A stretch of 64,000 bases of DNA, taken from the NCBI RefSeq assembly GCF_009914755.1, contig NC_060927.1; one strand, 5' to 3'. Shown here piece after piece: positions 1-14,593 of this stretch (positions are counted from its first letter, which is position 1; the number at the start of each line of letters is the position of its first letter). The notes below the pieces were generated by a model. It ran no database searches and had not been told where the DNA came from. It saw only the letters and a list, made by a program, of their open reading frames with translations. The position numbers were made by a program, and so were the translations under genes. Source of the DNA: the human T2T-CHM13v2.0 reference genome, Homo sapiens.

Positions 1-99
1 CTGCTGTTGAATTATGACAAGCCATAGAAGTAATAAGAATTGAGGAGGAGGGGTTGTGGGGTTGGGGGTGCATAGCTTTGTGTTCGGGAGCACAGGTGT

Positions 100-292
100 T
101 CAGGCCACTGGGGTTCAAATTCCACCCAGCTCAGCTACTTACTGATGCCATGACCTTGGGCAAGTTTTTTTAACCTGCTTTACTATCTCTTCCTCTGTAA
201 AATGAGCACAGTAATAGGACTCCCTCATGAGTTTGCTGCTATGACAGAATGGGATGATGCCTATTACACTCTTGCCTGCACAGTGCTGGCGT
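100..292 (+). mobile_element. MIR
   Basis: GGGTTCAAATTCC..TGACCTTGGGCAAG..CTGTAAAATG core. Confidence 0.75.
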
Positions 293-294
293 CA

Positions 295-440
295 TGGCTT
301 GACAGACAGCAGAAGTTGGCATTGCTATCCAGTGTCATGCTCCTAGAGAGGACACATGACTTGTCCAATGTCTCCCAGCTGGTTAGCCAGGACTGGGACT
401 CAGTTAAGCCCACTTCTTTCATTGCTCTGCCATCACCAGG
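295..440 (+). pseudogene. Module 1: CH1 C-terminus/linker exon relic
   Basis: LDRQQKLALLSSVMLLERTHDLS..SVK..PG resembles [28 protein letters not shown]..AG. Phase-2 donor GG|GTGAAC at 440/441. Confidence 0.65.
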
Positions 441-572
441 GTGAACTGATTTAAGGAAACAAGTTGATTTTCCATGCAGCCCAGCCCCACCTAGCTCTAC
501 TGGCCCCACCTTTATTCTGGGCCCTGCCCTGCCATGCCCTGTTCTGTGTTGCCCTGCCTTGCCCTCCTCCAG

Positions 573-1450
573 CTACCCTGGATCAGCCTCAGTAGAAGGA
601 TCTAGATCAGCCAAGCCTGAGCACCAGTCTAACAGGATAATGAGGCCAAGGTCCAAAACCAACACCTTGACCCATAAACCCAGACTGAAAACTGCTGACA
701 TGGCAAGCAAAAGGTGGGGGCTTCCAAACTCTGAGAAAGGGAAGTGCAGGCTGGTAGGTGGTGCCCCAACCAGCTCTTCCCAAGAAGCTATGTGAGAGGT
801 TTGCAAGGGTTCTGTCAACAATTATAAGCCCAACAAACAAACAAAACAAAGACAGACAAACCTTCACTCAAGGGTGGAATGAAATGAAAGAAAGGCAAAA
901 GGCCCAGGGCATCAGTTCTAGGGTTCCTGAGAAATGGTGACAGCAGTTCAGAAAATGAAAAGCAGCAAAGGAAGATGAGCCACACCAGTCTGAGCATAGA
1001 GGAAAGACCTGAGCTGTCATATTTGCACCAGTTCTGCCCCTATCAGGTTCACAAAAAGTTCTGTGTTCCATGCTGGGCATCTACAAGAGAGGAGAGAGGC
1101 AAACGCTGGGATGTGCCCAGGAGACAGCAAACAGGCTAGTGGTGAGTCTTAATACCATATGGGAGGAAAGAAAAGATTTCAAGGTGATTGCTAAAGAGAT
1201 GAGACTTCTCGATGTGATATGGCAGCTTTCACTGAATAGCTGATATTTTCCCAGGTAGTCCCACTTTGTCAAAGTGGCTCCAAAAGGCAGAGCGAGGCTT
1301 GGAGAATGGAACTCACAGGCAGGCAAATTTCAGCACAATACAACAAAGGTGTGTCCACTGACATTCAAAGTTGTAATGGACTCTGGTGGGAAAGTTGAGC
1401 TCTCCTGGCGGTTGTCAAGGAGATGGTGGAAATAGTACTGGCAGGATTCC
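573..1450 (+). pseudogene. Module 1: CH2, SR1 and SR2 relic
   Basis: Polypyrimidine tract with AG at 571-572; the phase-2 join gives G|YPG. LKTADMASKRWGL ~ LQNAFNLAEQHLGL; ERFARVL ~ KRIGKVL; RLVVSLNTIWEE ~ KLISDINKAWER; STDI..ALLAVVKEM ~ ETDI..AVVAVAREL. Confidence 0.8.
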
Positions 1451-2089
1451 TGCACTGGGTATGGGGGTTGTGAAGTTGACCTTTGACTGTTGAGGTCCCT
1501 TTCAATTCCAACACTGGTAAAATGGGGTGAGTCAGTGAGCACACCTAGAGCTACTTTTATTCAGAATAAACACCGATTCATGTGTCTTCCCCTCCTCCCA
1601 TCACTTGGCTTTTTCCTAAATAAGTAAAGGGGACATAATTGTTCTCTAACCCTCAGATTCAATAACATTTAGATGCTGTTTATTAACTCCTTGAAAATAA
1701 AATTCTAAATTACAAATCTCTCTCTCTCTCTCTCAAATTCTAGTGTGTTAGAAACAGGGAAATCAAGAAGTGATAAATACATTTTTAAAAGCTCAAGACT
1801 GAGGAATTCGACTACATATATTTTAATATTCTGTATGTCAAATAAACATAGAAAACAAAACTAAAAGGCAAATACCTTGGAAAATGATCATTTTGAAACA
1901 AATGAAACTGAAGAATAGTGTCTAAATATATGAGTAGTTTATATAAATCAATATGGGGACAATCATAGCAATAGAAAAAAATGCAAAGGGCATGAATAGA
2001 AAATATTCAAAATGAGATATATAAACGACCAATAAATATATGAAAAACGTTCAAAGTTGTCAAAGAAATGCCAGTTAAAACAATAATGA

Positions 2090-2448
<359 letters not shown>

Positions 2449-2619
2449 TCAAACAGACCTGGATCCCTGTTTTGGGGGTGAACAAACACAATGGGTTTCT
2501 ACACAAGGGTGTTTGCTTCAAAGTGGGGAGCATTCTGACACCTTTAAAGTGTTAAAATATAATCTCTCTTCAGACAGAAACAATTGATAGTGGAGAATTT
2601 CAAGCACAGCTCTATCATT

Positions 2620-2960
2620 CATTTGAAATGGATTCCATGGCTGAACTCTTTTCTGGTTTCTCACTGTAGCATTAGAAAAGAACACAGCACAATTTTTGCA
2701 GAGACTTCTTGCAAGGACCTCATCATAAGCATTACATATTTTATTTGCTGAAATGTAAAATTTACCTTTTTGAGAATAGTGCAGACAGGCCTTGGTGAAA
2801 CGTACCAGAAAACCCTAGATATGAGTCACAATTTGCTACTTCCAGCTCTTTGCAAGAGAGAGGTAAATATCTTATTAAATGTATAGTAAGTTTCAGGGCC
2901 CTTTAGGTCCATGACAGGAAATTTGACCAAGGGTCTCTGAAACACAATTTTAAGTGGCTA
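2620..2960 (+). pseudogene. Module 2: CH1 relic
   Basis: WLNSFL (2638-2655) ~ WVNSHL; GNLTKGL*NTIL (2917-2952) ~ [15 protein letters not shown]. Confidence 0.65.
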
Positions 2961-3112
2961 ATTTAAAAAAACAAACACACACTCAAATTTCATTTTGATG
3001 CCTGTAAAAACTTACATGAAAAGTTTGGTTTAGGAACATTTCGAGGTACTAACTGGAAAAGGATCCCTGAATATCTTTAAAATTCCCTTGTGCTTTCCTT
3101 CTCCCTGACTAG

Positions 3113-3545
3113 CGAGAAAAAGTCAGGGGTAACTGAGTGGAAAACAGGGAAGAAACACTGTGATGAGGAAAGTATGAAAAGAAAAAGTGTGGAAAAATCT
3201 TCCCTGAAAGAGACACTACTGGACTATAGTGACTGGAATGATGGTCAGGAGGGCAAGGATGGTTGGTTAAAAGTAGAAGGAAAGAACAAAAAAGTGTCTT
3301 TAAAAAGAAAGTAGAAGTAGGAGACAGGAAAGCTGGAAGGAAAAATAACATGAAAATAAACTCAGTACAGCCAGCTGAAGGACAATCTTCCTTGGGGCTT
3401 TTCTACGAGCAATTAGTCTTCTGGGTGTTCATCTCCTCAAAGGCAGGGGAACAAACACTGCCAGGAGATGGCAAACAGGCTAGTGGTGAGTCTTAACACC
3501 ACGTGGGAGAAGGAATAGAGAAAAGATTTCAAGGTGATTGTCACG
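3113..3545 (+). pseudogene. Module 2: CH2/SR1 relic (internally shortened)
   Basis: Phase-2 acceptor at 3111-3112. TEWKTG ~ TSWRDG; LPGDGK ~ MPREGK; SLNTTWEK ~ DINKAWER. Nucleotide paralogy with 1117-1190. Confidence 0.7.
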
Positions 3546-4214
3546 GAAATCTTTTTTTTTAATTGTTTTTAATGTTCCCATTTTCCAGCCTCATTGGTTA
3601 TGGAATACTGTTGATTGGAATTGAATTTAGAGAATATTGAATTTCTCCTTGTTTTATTTTCTAAATTTTAGTGACTTTTTATTATTGTATGGTAATTGGA
3701 GGAAATTTAGAGAATACAGAAGAAACAGAAACAGTAAAATAAAATTCACTTTTACTTTCCTCTCACAGGTAACACTATTAGGCTGAAGTAAAAATATTCC
3801 TGTCTTTTTACCATTGTTTTCATTTACAAAATGAAGGCTGAAACCAATGAACAATATCTGAATGTTGCACAATACTGTTTCAAATAAATAAATTTTAAAA
3901 AGAGCAGAAGCCATTTGACATTTTCTAGACTTCTCAATGATATAAAACCTTTAACTCATTGTTTCTTAAAAAAAAACAAATAAGGAGCATCAACTCTGAT
4001 TTTGTCAAGAGCTGACACCAGAGTGGAGATAGCCAAGGAGAGAAAGAGGATAAAAAAGGAAATTTGTCCAATCCAAAAACTGAGTAAACTACTTTGTATA
4101 AGCAAATAATATAATGTATAAATTACTTTCAGTTTGTATAAAAAAATAGCATATCGTGTATGTAAAACAAGTGTACAATTGAGTAAGCAAATGCCATTAC
4201 TCTACAGAGTTTTC

Positions 4215-4770
4215 AGGGTAACAACTTTCACTCCAGTCATTATTAGAGTCTGTATTGCATCCTAAGACTTTTTTTTCAAACCAGTCGAAGGACATCAGGA
4301 CAAACCTCCCCAATATATGCCATGGAAGCTGAGACCTGAGGGATGTGCAGGCAGATGCGAGCAAGCTGACAGGCTAGCCTGGGGCTATGGTAGCAAAGAA
4401 AGAGAATTTCCAGTAGAAGGAATAGTGTGTTCAAGAGGGAAGAGAGCATACCACTTTCTAGGACCTAAAAGGATTCAGCATGGTAGATGCAGAGCTCCAG
4501 GATGATGCATGATGTGAAATGAAGATGGAGATGAGGCCAAATAGGGCACAGTCTTGCCTAGCCCCTCACCAAGCCTGTCATCAGCATTTGTTCCACATAG
4601 GAAATATTAGGCAGAGAGGCTGTTTTTTTGTGAGCCCTAAAGAATGTTCTTTGTAGGGAAAGGCACTGACCTGGAGCTTTTGCATGGTGGCACCCTACCG
4701 TGGAGCTTACCATTGCCATCAACACGTGGCTCCTGCCAGTTCTATCAAGGCTGGTCAAAATCCGCAAGCA
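4215..4770 (+). pseudogene. Module 3: CH1 relic in two pieces
   Basis: TTFT near 4221 ~ KTFT; LTKP, FHIGNI and LTIAINTW at 4565-4730 ~ LPKP, IHCLENV and LTLGLIW. Confidence 0.45.
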
Positions 4771-4844
4771 CTTCTATAGCACTATAGTTCCAGGCATGGT
4801 GCTAAGAGCTGTGCATGAATTGACTCATTAAGTCTGTGACATAA

Positions 4845-5171
<327 letters not shown>

Positions 5172-5305
5172 CTGAGATAGAGCCTATTCTTATCCCCATT
5201 TCATTGATTAGAAAACTGAGACACAGAGAGTCTAATGTGCCCAAAGGCACAAAGCAGGCAAGCGGCAGAGGTGGGCAGTTTGGCTCCAGCAGCCTTGCTC
5301 CTAAG

Positions 5306-5495
5306 GGTTACCCCACACACCCTCTTGGCGAGTATTATGTGCATACCGTATGGCCTGCACTTTGCATCCACGTGAAGCAAAAAACCAGCATGGGGAATGT
5401 GTCCCGGTGACAAGAGGCCTCACTCGCTACTCTGCTACATAAGATAAAACTGCTTGGCAAGTCCTTAGCTAAATATTTCAGTCATTCATCAACAG
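5306..5495 (+). pseudogene. Module 3: CH2 exon relic
   Basis: GYP at 5306; ALCIHVKQK ~ AFNALIHKHR; one in-frame TGA; phase-1 donor CAG|GTGTGC at 5495. Confidence 0.6.
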
Positions 5496-6122
5496 GTGTG
5501 CCTCCTTCAGTGGCAACAGAGGAATAATGATTCTCTCTGGTATTTGTATAACACGCTGTCACTTACAAAACACTTCCTCATGTTGTCTCTTGGTGATGGT
5601 TGTCACAACAACCCCGTGAAGCCAGAAAGACAGGATTGTCCTGAGAATCAGACTCTGAGGAGGGAAGGGACTGCCAAGGACACTAGCAGGGGAGCCCAGA
5701 CTCAAACTTTGGGGTTCTGACTTGAGCAAGGCTCTAAGGAAGGTCACTGCACCTGAGCTGGCCTTGGTTGGACTATTGGCTTAGCCAATTAGAAACTACT
5801 TAACTCGCTAATGATATGGGCTCTCTGCCTGCATTTCCTCACCTCGAAAATAGTGATAATAATACCTGCAGTATACAGTAGTTGTAAGCACTTGATGAGG
5901 TAACAGGGGACAAAGGCCACTCAACGAATTCTGTGTTTCCTTTTTACTGTCAACTTCATGTGCCTGCCCTTGGAGAAAGTGTATGTCCCTGAATTTTTAA
6001 ATTAAATTATAGCTTAGATGTTGTTTTATAGAAGAACAAGTATGGTATGGTTGCATGAATATTCAACATTCCCTCTCCTGTCTCCCCACCATCATTTTCA
6101 CAAATTTCAATTTTCTCTTTAG

Positions 6123-6440
6123 AGTTTTCTTAAAGCAGGCAACTTAATCTGCAGCCTCCAGAATATGTGCATGTGATGGAGAGGAGGGCACAGATTCTCC
6201 ATCACATTTCTGAAGGCAACAAAATCTGGCTGGCTCAGATGGAAACTCCCATGGCCAGAGATGGGTGGGACTTGCTCCAGGACCCCTCCTTGGAGACAGC
6301 ACTAGACCCTGGCCTTCCTGAAGCCCAGCCCAGCATGCAGGCCACTGGATCACACTCTGTTTTTCCCCAGCTCCCAGGGACTCCATTGTCCCCAGAAGCA
6401 TAAAAGCCTGCACTTCGGGGTAAGATGTTCCACCAGAGCT
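6123..6440 (+). pseudogene. Module 3: linker/SR1 relic
   Basis: Phase-1 acceptor at 6121-6122, compatible with the 5495 donor. About 99 codons with only two TAA stops. VMERRAQILHHISEGNK ~ VEGKRIGKVLDNAIETEK; LPEAQPSMQA ~ LVGVQQQLQA. Confidence 0.6.
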
Positions 6441-6564
6441 AAATGCTCCAAGGACAAAAGCTAAAACCTCCAAGGACAAGCATCACAATCCATCTGCCAC
6501 GAGCCCTCTGGGCTTCATTCTGGCAGCCGTGACTGCTAAAAGCGTGTTCTGTGTTCCCCTGCAG

Positions 6565-7280
6565 AAGTAAACAGCAGAAAACACTGAGAATTGGGGAAAT
6601 TCGCTGTCATCTTTAAGAATATATAACAAAAAAAAACACGTCATGCATTTTTTATGTGAAATAAGTTCAGAAGCTGAAATGTCTGAGGGAGAAAATGAGT
6701 CTTTGAATAGAAATCTGCAGGAGGGACAGAATGGAGGGAAAAGGCCGCATTTTGAAAATAACTACATTTCTCTTATTTCTTTTTTTTAAAAACACTGCCT
6801 GTTCAAGTGAGAATAAGCAGTCTCCAACAAGTATCCTCCCCTTGGCTCTTCCTGAGGCCTCTAAATCCAGGGAGGAGGAAATGGTGTAGTTTGCTTTGCA
6901 TGTTTCTGTTGTATTTCTGTGGCACTTGATTGCCCTGGTGGTGTTTACCTCACAAATGCTGCCTAATTCAGGCCAGAGGGAAGGCAGAGCCAGTGAAAAG
7001 AGCTCCACGGGCTAGAAGGTGAGCAGGCTGAACATGCAGCACTGGAAGCCTATTCAGAAGCAATCAATAAGCGGTAGTAGTAGCTTTGGCTGCAGAGCAT
7101 TCAGTGCCTGTTTGGGGGATGGATAGGGACAGCCAGCCTTTGGTTATTGACAAGTTCTCCATTATCTTAGAGGGTGGACCCAGGAAGAGATGGCCTCCCC
7201 CTGTCCCTGACTCAACTGGAGCTCAGTTCACTCTGCTTTGAAGGAGTAGGAGGAGAACACTACTCACAAAAAGGAGGTTT
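6565..7280 (+). pseudogene. Module 4: CH1, CH2 and SR1 first half relic
   Basis: QQKT/NWGNSL ~ QKKTFTKWVNSHL; GGKRPHFENN (6733) ~ GRMRIHCLEN; LEGEQAEHAALEAYSEA ~ LKKSNAHYNLQNAFNLA; VIDKF and LRGWTQE ~ MIEKY and LLEWIEQ; LPLSLTQLE ~ FANSLVGVQ. Confidence 0.7.
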
Positions 7281-7981
7281 GTAATGGGCTCTCACACTCC
7301 CTCCTCCATCACCCTGTATCCCACAGACACTGATATAGCTCTGTCCTTTGAACCCTGTCTGTTCCAGGAAGGCTTTGTGGATCCCCCAGGGCAGAGTTAG
7401 GGGCTCTTTCTGGGTCTCTCAAAGCCATCTGTTTCACTTTGTTAGTGGTGCTTCACTATGCTGAATTTTAAGTATCTTTTCACTTGTCTCTCTCCTCTCC
7501 CTGGCTCTAACTTCCTTAAGGGCAAGAACCGGCTTGTTCACCATTGTATTCCTGCACCACAGCATAAGCACTCAATCATTATGGGTTAAAGGCTGAAATT
7601 CAAAAAGAGAAAGGGAGATGTTAGACACCTACTGACCAAGGAGGTGCCCTCCATTCTGCTTAACCACCGCCCAGGCCAGTCATTTCTCTCCCTGGAAGAC
7701 TTTGAGTCATGCACGCGCAAGGAAAATGTGAGTAGATGAGTTGGATTATGAGCTGTAGTGGACAAAACAGAGGCTTTGATGTTAGAACAGCTCTGGTTTT
7801 GATTCCTGGCTCCACCAATGCATGCTCTCTATATAAGCTTGGATAATTTTTTGTAACTTCTCTTAACTTTCTCATTTACCAAATGATGATAAGAAGGTAC
7901 AACAGAACTAATATAAAGGTATGTGAAACAGTCACGTGATTGTTGGTGTTATGAGTGTTAGCTCATGCATTGCTCTGCTAG

Positions 7982-8457
<476 letters not shown>

Positions 8458-8520
8458 CAAAGGCCCAGTTTTTAATAAACCATAGATTTGGAAAAACTAA
8501 GTGATTCCTTCTTTCTGCAG

Positions 8521-9067
8521 AGGATTTCCCACCTCTGCCTCCAAGCTCTTTAGGAACAAGAACCTTCTACAAGCTGAGAGAGTGAAACCAATAAGTTACA
8601 TGCTGGTTTGGAAGCCCAGCTCCTGCCCTTTGGGGCCAACTCCCATTAAGAAGAGCTGGTGCGGGAGGAGGGAGATAGAACATCTGTGTAAGTTCCAGAC
8701 TCCCTAAAGAAAGAGGACTTGAATCTCACTTGTTCTGAGAGGGTCTGCTGGTAGACTTGTAGAGTGTCAAGCCAGAATAAGGGGGTGCTGCAGGAAGGAT
8801 ACATACTGCATGCATCATCCCTTGGGATAGCTAAAAAGAATGCAATTATTTCTTAGGAGATTGCTGCTGTGGAGGACATGCCCAAAGACCAAACCGACCA
8901 GCTACATCTCATGGGAGATAGAATGAGATCTCAACCAGTCAAAATTGAGAAGGGCACGCCGTGCTCTCCTCCAAATCCAAAGTGGCATATTCACAAATCT
9001 CTGCAGTTTTCAAGATCAGTATCAGGAAGGAGAAAAGGAAGAAGAGGGAAAGCCCACAGTTACATAG
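8521..9067 (+). pseudogene. SR1 C-half and SR2 relic
   Basis: Acceptor TTCTTTCTGCAG. IKKSWCGRREIEH ~ INKAWERLEKAEH in the same register; AKKNAIIS*EIAAVED ~ TKKHEAIETDIAAYEE. Confidence 0.8.
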
Positions 9068-9242
9068 GTGTAAATATGAAATGACTAATGTGATCGTCAA
9101 AGGAACAGAGTTGACATAGATATAATGGGACTAAATTTTTTATATCATAAAAAAGTTGGTTTATGATAAAATTTAAGTTCACTTACAGAAAAACAGGGAG
9201 AGCTACATTCTTGCTTTTTTGTGGGCTTTGAAATTCACAGGA

Positions 9243-9300
9243 AATATAAATATACTTACAAAAATATAAATATACTTACAAAAATATAAATACACTCACA
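9243..9300. repeat. 20-bp tandem repeat, 3 copies
   Basis: AAATATAAATATACTTACAA units. Confidence 0.85.
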
Positions 9301-9435
9301 ACAAACATAAAACATCTAAAAAGGGGCCTCGTCCATAGGAGGTTCTGAAGAAATTGGCTTCCCTAAGCTGGATTATCTAAATTTTTATGCTAATACTTAT
9401 CTCTAAAATCAGAGACATTTGTAACTTGGCTCCAG

Positions 9436-9630
9436 TAATGAGTAAGGCTTACTTTGAAAATGCAAACAAATCAATCAACAATCTTTATAACATCCAACAA
9501 CAATAGAAGAAGAGCACTGTCCTTCCAGAAAGTGACACTGTGATTAGTAAAACAAGATAATGTCCATCATTACTAATGGCCATTGCCCTCATGGTAGTGA
9601 AGGTGGAACAGCAATATAAAACCCATAGGC
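9436..9630 (+). pseudogene. SR3 relic
   Basis: Phase-1 acceptor. YFENANKSINNLYNIQQQ...LLMAIALMVVKVEQ in one frame with two stops; ends at an L2 element. Confidence 0.55.
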
Positions 9631-9859
9631 TCTATCTCCCAAGCATACGCAAATCTCAGCCACTTCTCATCATTTCCATGACTGTCACCCCAATCCAAGC
9701 CACCATGTCTCACCTGGACATTGCCCAGTCTCCCTGCTTCTGCTCTTATCCCTATAGTCTGCTCTCAACATAGAGTGGCCCTTCCCTTTTAAGAGCATAA
9801 ATAGGATTATGTTACTCTTCCCCTTAAAACACTCCGAAGTAGCTTAAGTCTCACCATCC

Positions 9860-10465
9860 TTTCCTTAAGAGTGAGCTTGATTCCAAAGAATAGAGTAGGA
9901 AAAGGTGAAAATAGTAACTTCATGGTGGAGAAATCTGGAAAACCTACCTCAACCAAGTGATGAAAGTTAACCTCACTAGAGACATCATATGGATGCAGGT
10001 ACCTGTTGATATGATGTGATAAGAAGGGCACTCACTTCTGTATTCTTTCTGATGACTCATTGCCCTAGTCCAATCATAAGAAAAACAAAAGACAAACCCA
10101 GATTGGGAAGATTCTATGGGGTACCTGACTGCTATTCCTCAAGACAGTCAAGGTCATGAAAACAAGAAGACTGCCAAAGACCAGAGAAGACTGAGGAGGC
10201 ATGGCAACTAAGTGCAATGTGGTACCATATATTGAATCCTGGAACAGAAAGAGGACACTGATGGAAAAACTAGCAAATCCAAATAAAACCTGACGTTTAT
10301 TAACAGTAATAAGCCAATGTCAATATTCTAGTTTTAACAAATGAACCGCGGTAATGTATGATCTTAATAACAGGGGAAACTATATAAGGGATATACAGCA
10401 ACTTTCCGGACTATCTTTATAACTTTTCTGTAAATCTAAATTGTTCCAAAATAAAAAGTTTCATT
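9860..10465 (+). mobile_element. Old L1M 3' end inside an L2 region
   Basis: Ends AACTTTTCTGTAAATCTAAA..AAATAAAAAG, typical of an L1M 3' UTR. Confidence 0.7.
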
Positions 10466-11399
10466 TTTAAAATTCATGCAGAAATGTAATTCTCTTTATA
10501 TTTATGTAATCAACTTTAGCTTTTGATAGCCCATTTTCATAAACAACAAAAAACTTTCAGTGTTATCATTTCAGTACAAAATAACTTCCAGAATAAGATT
10601 TATTCATATTTAGTTTTTTTAAAAAAAAAAAAAAAAGATCCCAAAAGACTCCACACATCTCTGACAATCTCAGTTCCAAAGTTCTTACCAAAGTCTAGAA
10701 TGTCCCAGGTGAACTGATGGGCCTGGCCACTCTTCCCTCTCCAGCATCCTTGCCTCTTCCTCACCTTGCTGTTCTTGAAAAGCTTCAAGCACATTCTTAG
10801 TTCAGGGCCTTTGCGTTTGCTATTCCCAGAAACCTACATGGTCCCATTTTTCTCAAACCTCTACTCAAATATCAATTTTTCTTTTTTAAGAACAAAACAG
10901 GTATACTTCTATTAGACCACCTGACACAGAAGTTAGTGTGGTATGGATGGACAGTATGAATGACAAATAATACAAATATATTTTATTTGAAATAAAAATG
11001 TGTACGCAGCTCAGTGGGTCACTTGGAAACAAACTCTTGCTTTGCTGTATTCAAAGAGGTTTTCCATGACTACACTTCAATAACACTCTGACCCTCATCC
11101 CCATCACTGCCCAGCCCTTTACCTTGCTTTATTTTTCTTCATACTTCAAATTACGTGACATTATATTATAGACTCATTTGGGTTTGCTTTTTTGGATTTT
11201 TTGTGGGTTTTGTTGTTGTTGTTGTTGCTTTTCTCCATGAGGAGAGGGATTTTGTCTGTTTTGCAGTCAAATGGTCTACCCCTGAGCTACACCCCCAAGA
11301 TTTTTTCTGTTTTGATCACTGCTATAACCTCAGTACTTAGCAGTTCCTGGCACATGGTAAGAGTTTAATCTGTTAAATGAATGAATAAAAATAAAATCA

Positions 11400-11722
11400 G
11401 AGCAGTTCTTGCTGCAAACCATGTCTCTTCAGGTGGCTTTGGTTCATTTCAACTGGAAAACTGAGATTGCCTTCTGGGCCCAAAAGATACCTGATGATGG
11501 ACATGCTTGATGTAAATGAAACAAAACCTCCTGCCTTGGACTAATTATAAGAAGCTATTTATAATTAGCTCATTGTTAAATTAATCAGCAAGCTGTTGCT
11601 ACCTCAGGAATAAAGTTTAATTTCCCAAATGATTTTGGCACTGCTGATAAGCCCGTGGGCAATGGACAATATTTAACTGCCAGCAGACGTTAAAGAAAAT
11701 GACTTGTTTGACTAAGATGCTG
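11400..11722 (+). pseudogene. SR4 relic
   Basis: HFNWKTEIAFWAQK ~ FFWEMAEEEGWIREK; QAVATSG..NDFGT ~ QAIKEG..EHFGS; donor CTG|GTAAAA. Confidence 0.55.
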
Positions 11723-12189
11723 GTAAAATGTGTTAATGAAACATATCTTTTTAACTTATTGGCATGAATAAGCCATATTCCTTACTGTAATTATTTTTAG
11801 AATCAGAATAATCTAGATACTTCAAATTATACCCCCTACCCGATAGAACGTTCTGAAATTATAGAAATGTTCTATACCTTGATTGGGGTGGTGGTTACAT
11901 AGGTAAACACATTTATCCAAGTTCATTGATTCACTTAAAACCAGTGCATTTAGCTATGCATAAATTTTACCTCAATTTTTTAAGTGTATCCCTATATTGG
12001 TGATAATTTCATTGTCTACAACCCATCTTAAGAAAATTCATTTTGTAGGAGAAATACATATTTTTATAGATAATTGTATCAGTTAGTAAGGGGATGTATA
12101 TATCACAGGGACCAACATTTGAACTATATTTTTTTGTTTGGAAGTTTCTAACTAAAAGTACTACATTCATATTTCCCATTATTATCATC

Positions 12190-12968
<779 letters not shown>

Positions 12969-13354
12969 GTGGTACTTATATAAAAGTAGAATAAATGTTT
13001 GCAATATTTCTACCTTGAATTTCACAAAGCTGACCTAATTTATTAACCATTGCAATATAAAAAAAGTTTTCTCACCTGAAGGCCACTCCAGGTGACAATT
13101 GGATGGGTGAGGCTGACATCCTTTCTCTCATAAGTATTTGCTTTGACTACCGACTCTCCTAACTTTATCCATGCACTTCACAACACTTATCACCATCTGA
13201 AATTACATCGTTTATGTTTGTTTGTTGACTTGTTGATGGGCAGCCTCCTCCATTGCCATGTGAGCCCTCTGAGGGTAGGACTTGGATTCTCCTGTCTTTG
13301 TTGTGCCCCAGCATGTAGAACAATGGCCTGGCACATAGTGGCTACTGAATCACC

Positions 13355-13970
13355 AGATTCAGCCACTCTAATGATGTGTGCATGCCCTGGGAGAATGGAG
13401 CCCACAGGCTAAGAGAGCTGTACTACCTCACCCTAAATGACTGGGTCTGGGGCCACTGCACAGAGACTCATCCAGGGGAGCGGTGCAATGGCCAGTCGAG
13501 CAGTGGACCAGAACAGGAGTGTGGTGACTAAAGAGGGTAGGGCAGTGGAAGAAGGGAGGGCCACAGGTAGTGGAGAGGTCTGCACTGGCTGAGGTCTAGG
13601 GTTTGTGGCACAGGGAGCCAGGGAGGTACAAAGAGCCAGGTCCAGGTGAGCAGGTAGAGAACAGGACAGAATCCACAGTGCAGAGTTAACAACAAATAAG
13701 TAAGGCAGTACCAGGGAAATGTTCCAAAGGTGAGGCCCAGATTAATCCAAAAAGTTGATACAGACAACTAAAGTTGTTGATAGGATGACTGTGGCCTAGT
13801 TAAGGGCGCTGAGTCTATTCAGACAAGTCATCATAAATGCTAATTCATCTTCACACTATTTCTGGCAAAACTAAAATTGTCTTTGGCCTTAGAAGGTAGA
13901 TAACATGACGTATGTATGCCCATTCAAGGACAGCTTGAATTGAGTTTCCTTTTCACTTGAGAGTTGTAAG
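13355..13970 (+). pseudogene. SR6-SR7 relic
   Basis: RFSHSNDVCMPW ~ KMFSEADACELW; QRLIQGSGAMASRA ~ HRFESLEPEMNNQA; VVDR ~ LVDR; AESIQTSHHKC (13808-13840) ~ ALSIQNYHLEC. Confidence 0.8.
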
Positions 13971-14107
13971 TGTTCAGGATATATATATAATATATATATA
14001 TGATTTGTACACACATCCTACATATTATATATATATATATAAGTCAACTATATATATAACTAATGTACACACAAAGTCTGAGAGATATATACATACCACA
14101 TCTATAG

Positions 14108-14593
14108 GTATGTCTTTAGTTGATGGAGAAATAAGGAGAAAGACATAGAAACAGAAGGAGAGACTTGAAGCAACAGAGAGACTAGGAGTTAGAGATTGAG
14201 AGAAAGAGAGAACATGAGAGGAACTTTCAGAGATAGAGCTCTTCATACAGGAAGAAGCCAAAGTCTTGTTTGTTTTTTGAGGGCGGTGGTGCACTTTGGA
14301 TTCGGAACGCCATGTCGTAAAAACAATGTCCACATGTCTGGATTATGTTTGGGTTATCTGCACCCTCCGATCTTAGTGCAACAGGATTTGCCAGTGGACC
14401 ATATCCACTGGAACAAAGACGCAAAAAGGTTTCGCATTCCTTCACACACACCGTCACACTGTGACCTCCAGGGTCCAAGGGCCACTTCTGTCTGTGACAT
14501 GTCCATCTCCTGTCATTAGGCCTCCATGCCTTCAACCATGAAAAGTTTACTAACAGGGAGAAGGAAAAGGAGCTTGACACCTTTCGCAGTTTA
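14108..14593 (+). pseudogene. SR7 end, SR8 and SR9 start relic
   Basis: KQKERLEATERL..ELSEIELFIQEEAK fits the helix C/A junction. LEQRRKKVSHS ~ WENRQNLLSQS. EKELDTFRSL ends at a phase-0 GT donor. Confidence 0.75.

Noticed and set aside
1135-1150. GTGAGT here and at about 3486 as ancestral splice donors
   Set aside because: The SR1 match (RLVVSLNTIWEE) reads straight through them, so they lie inside coding relics.
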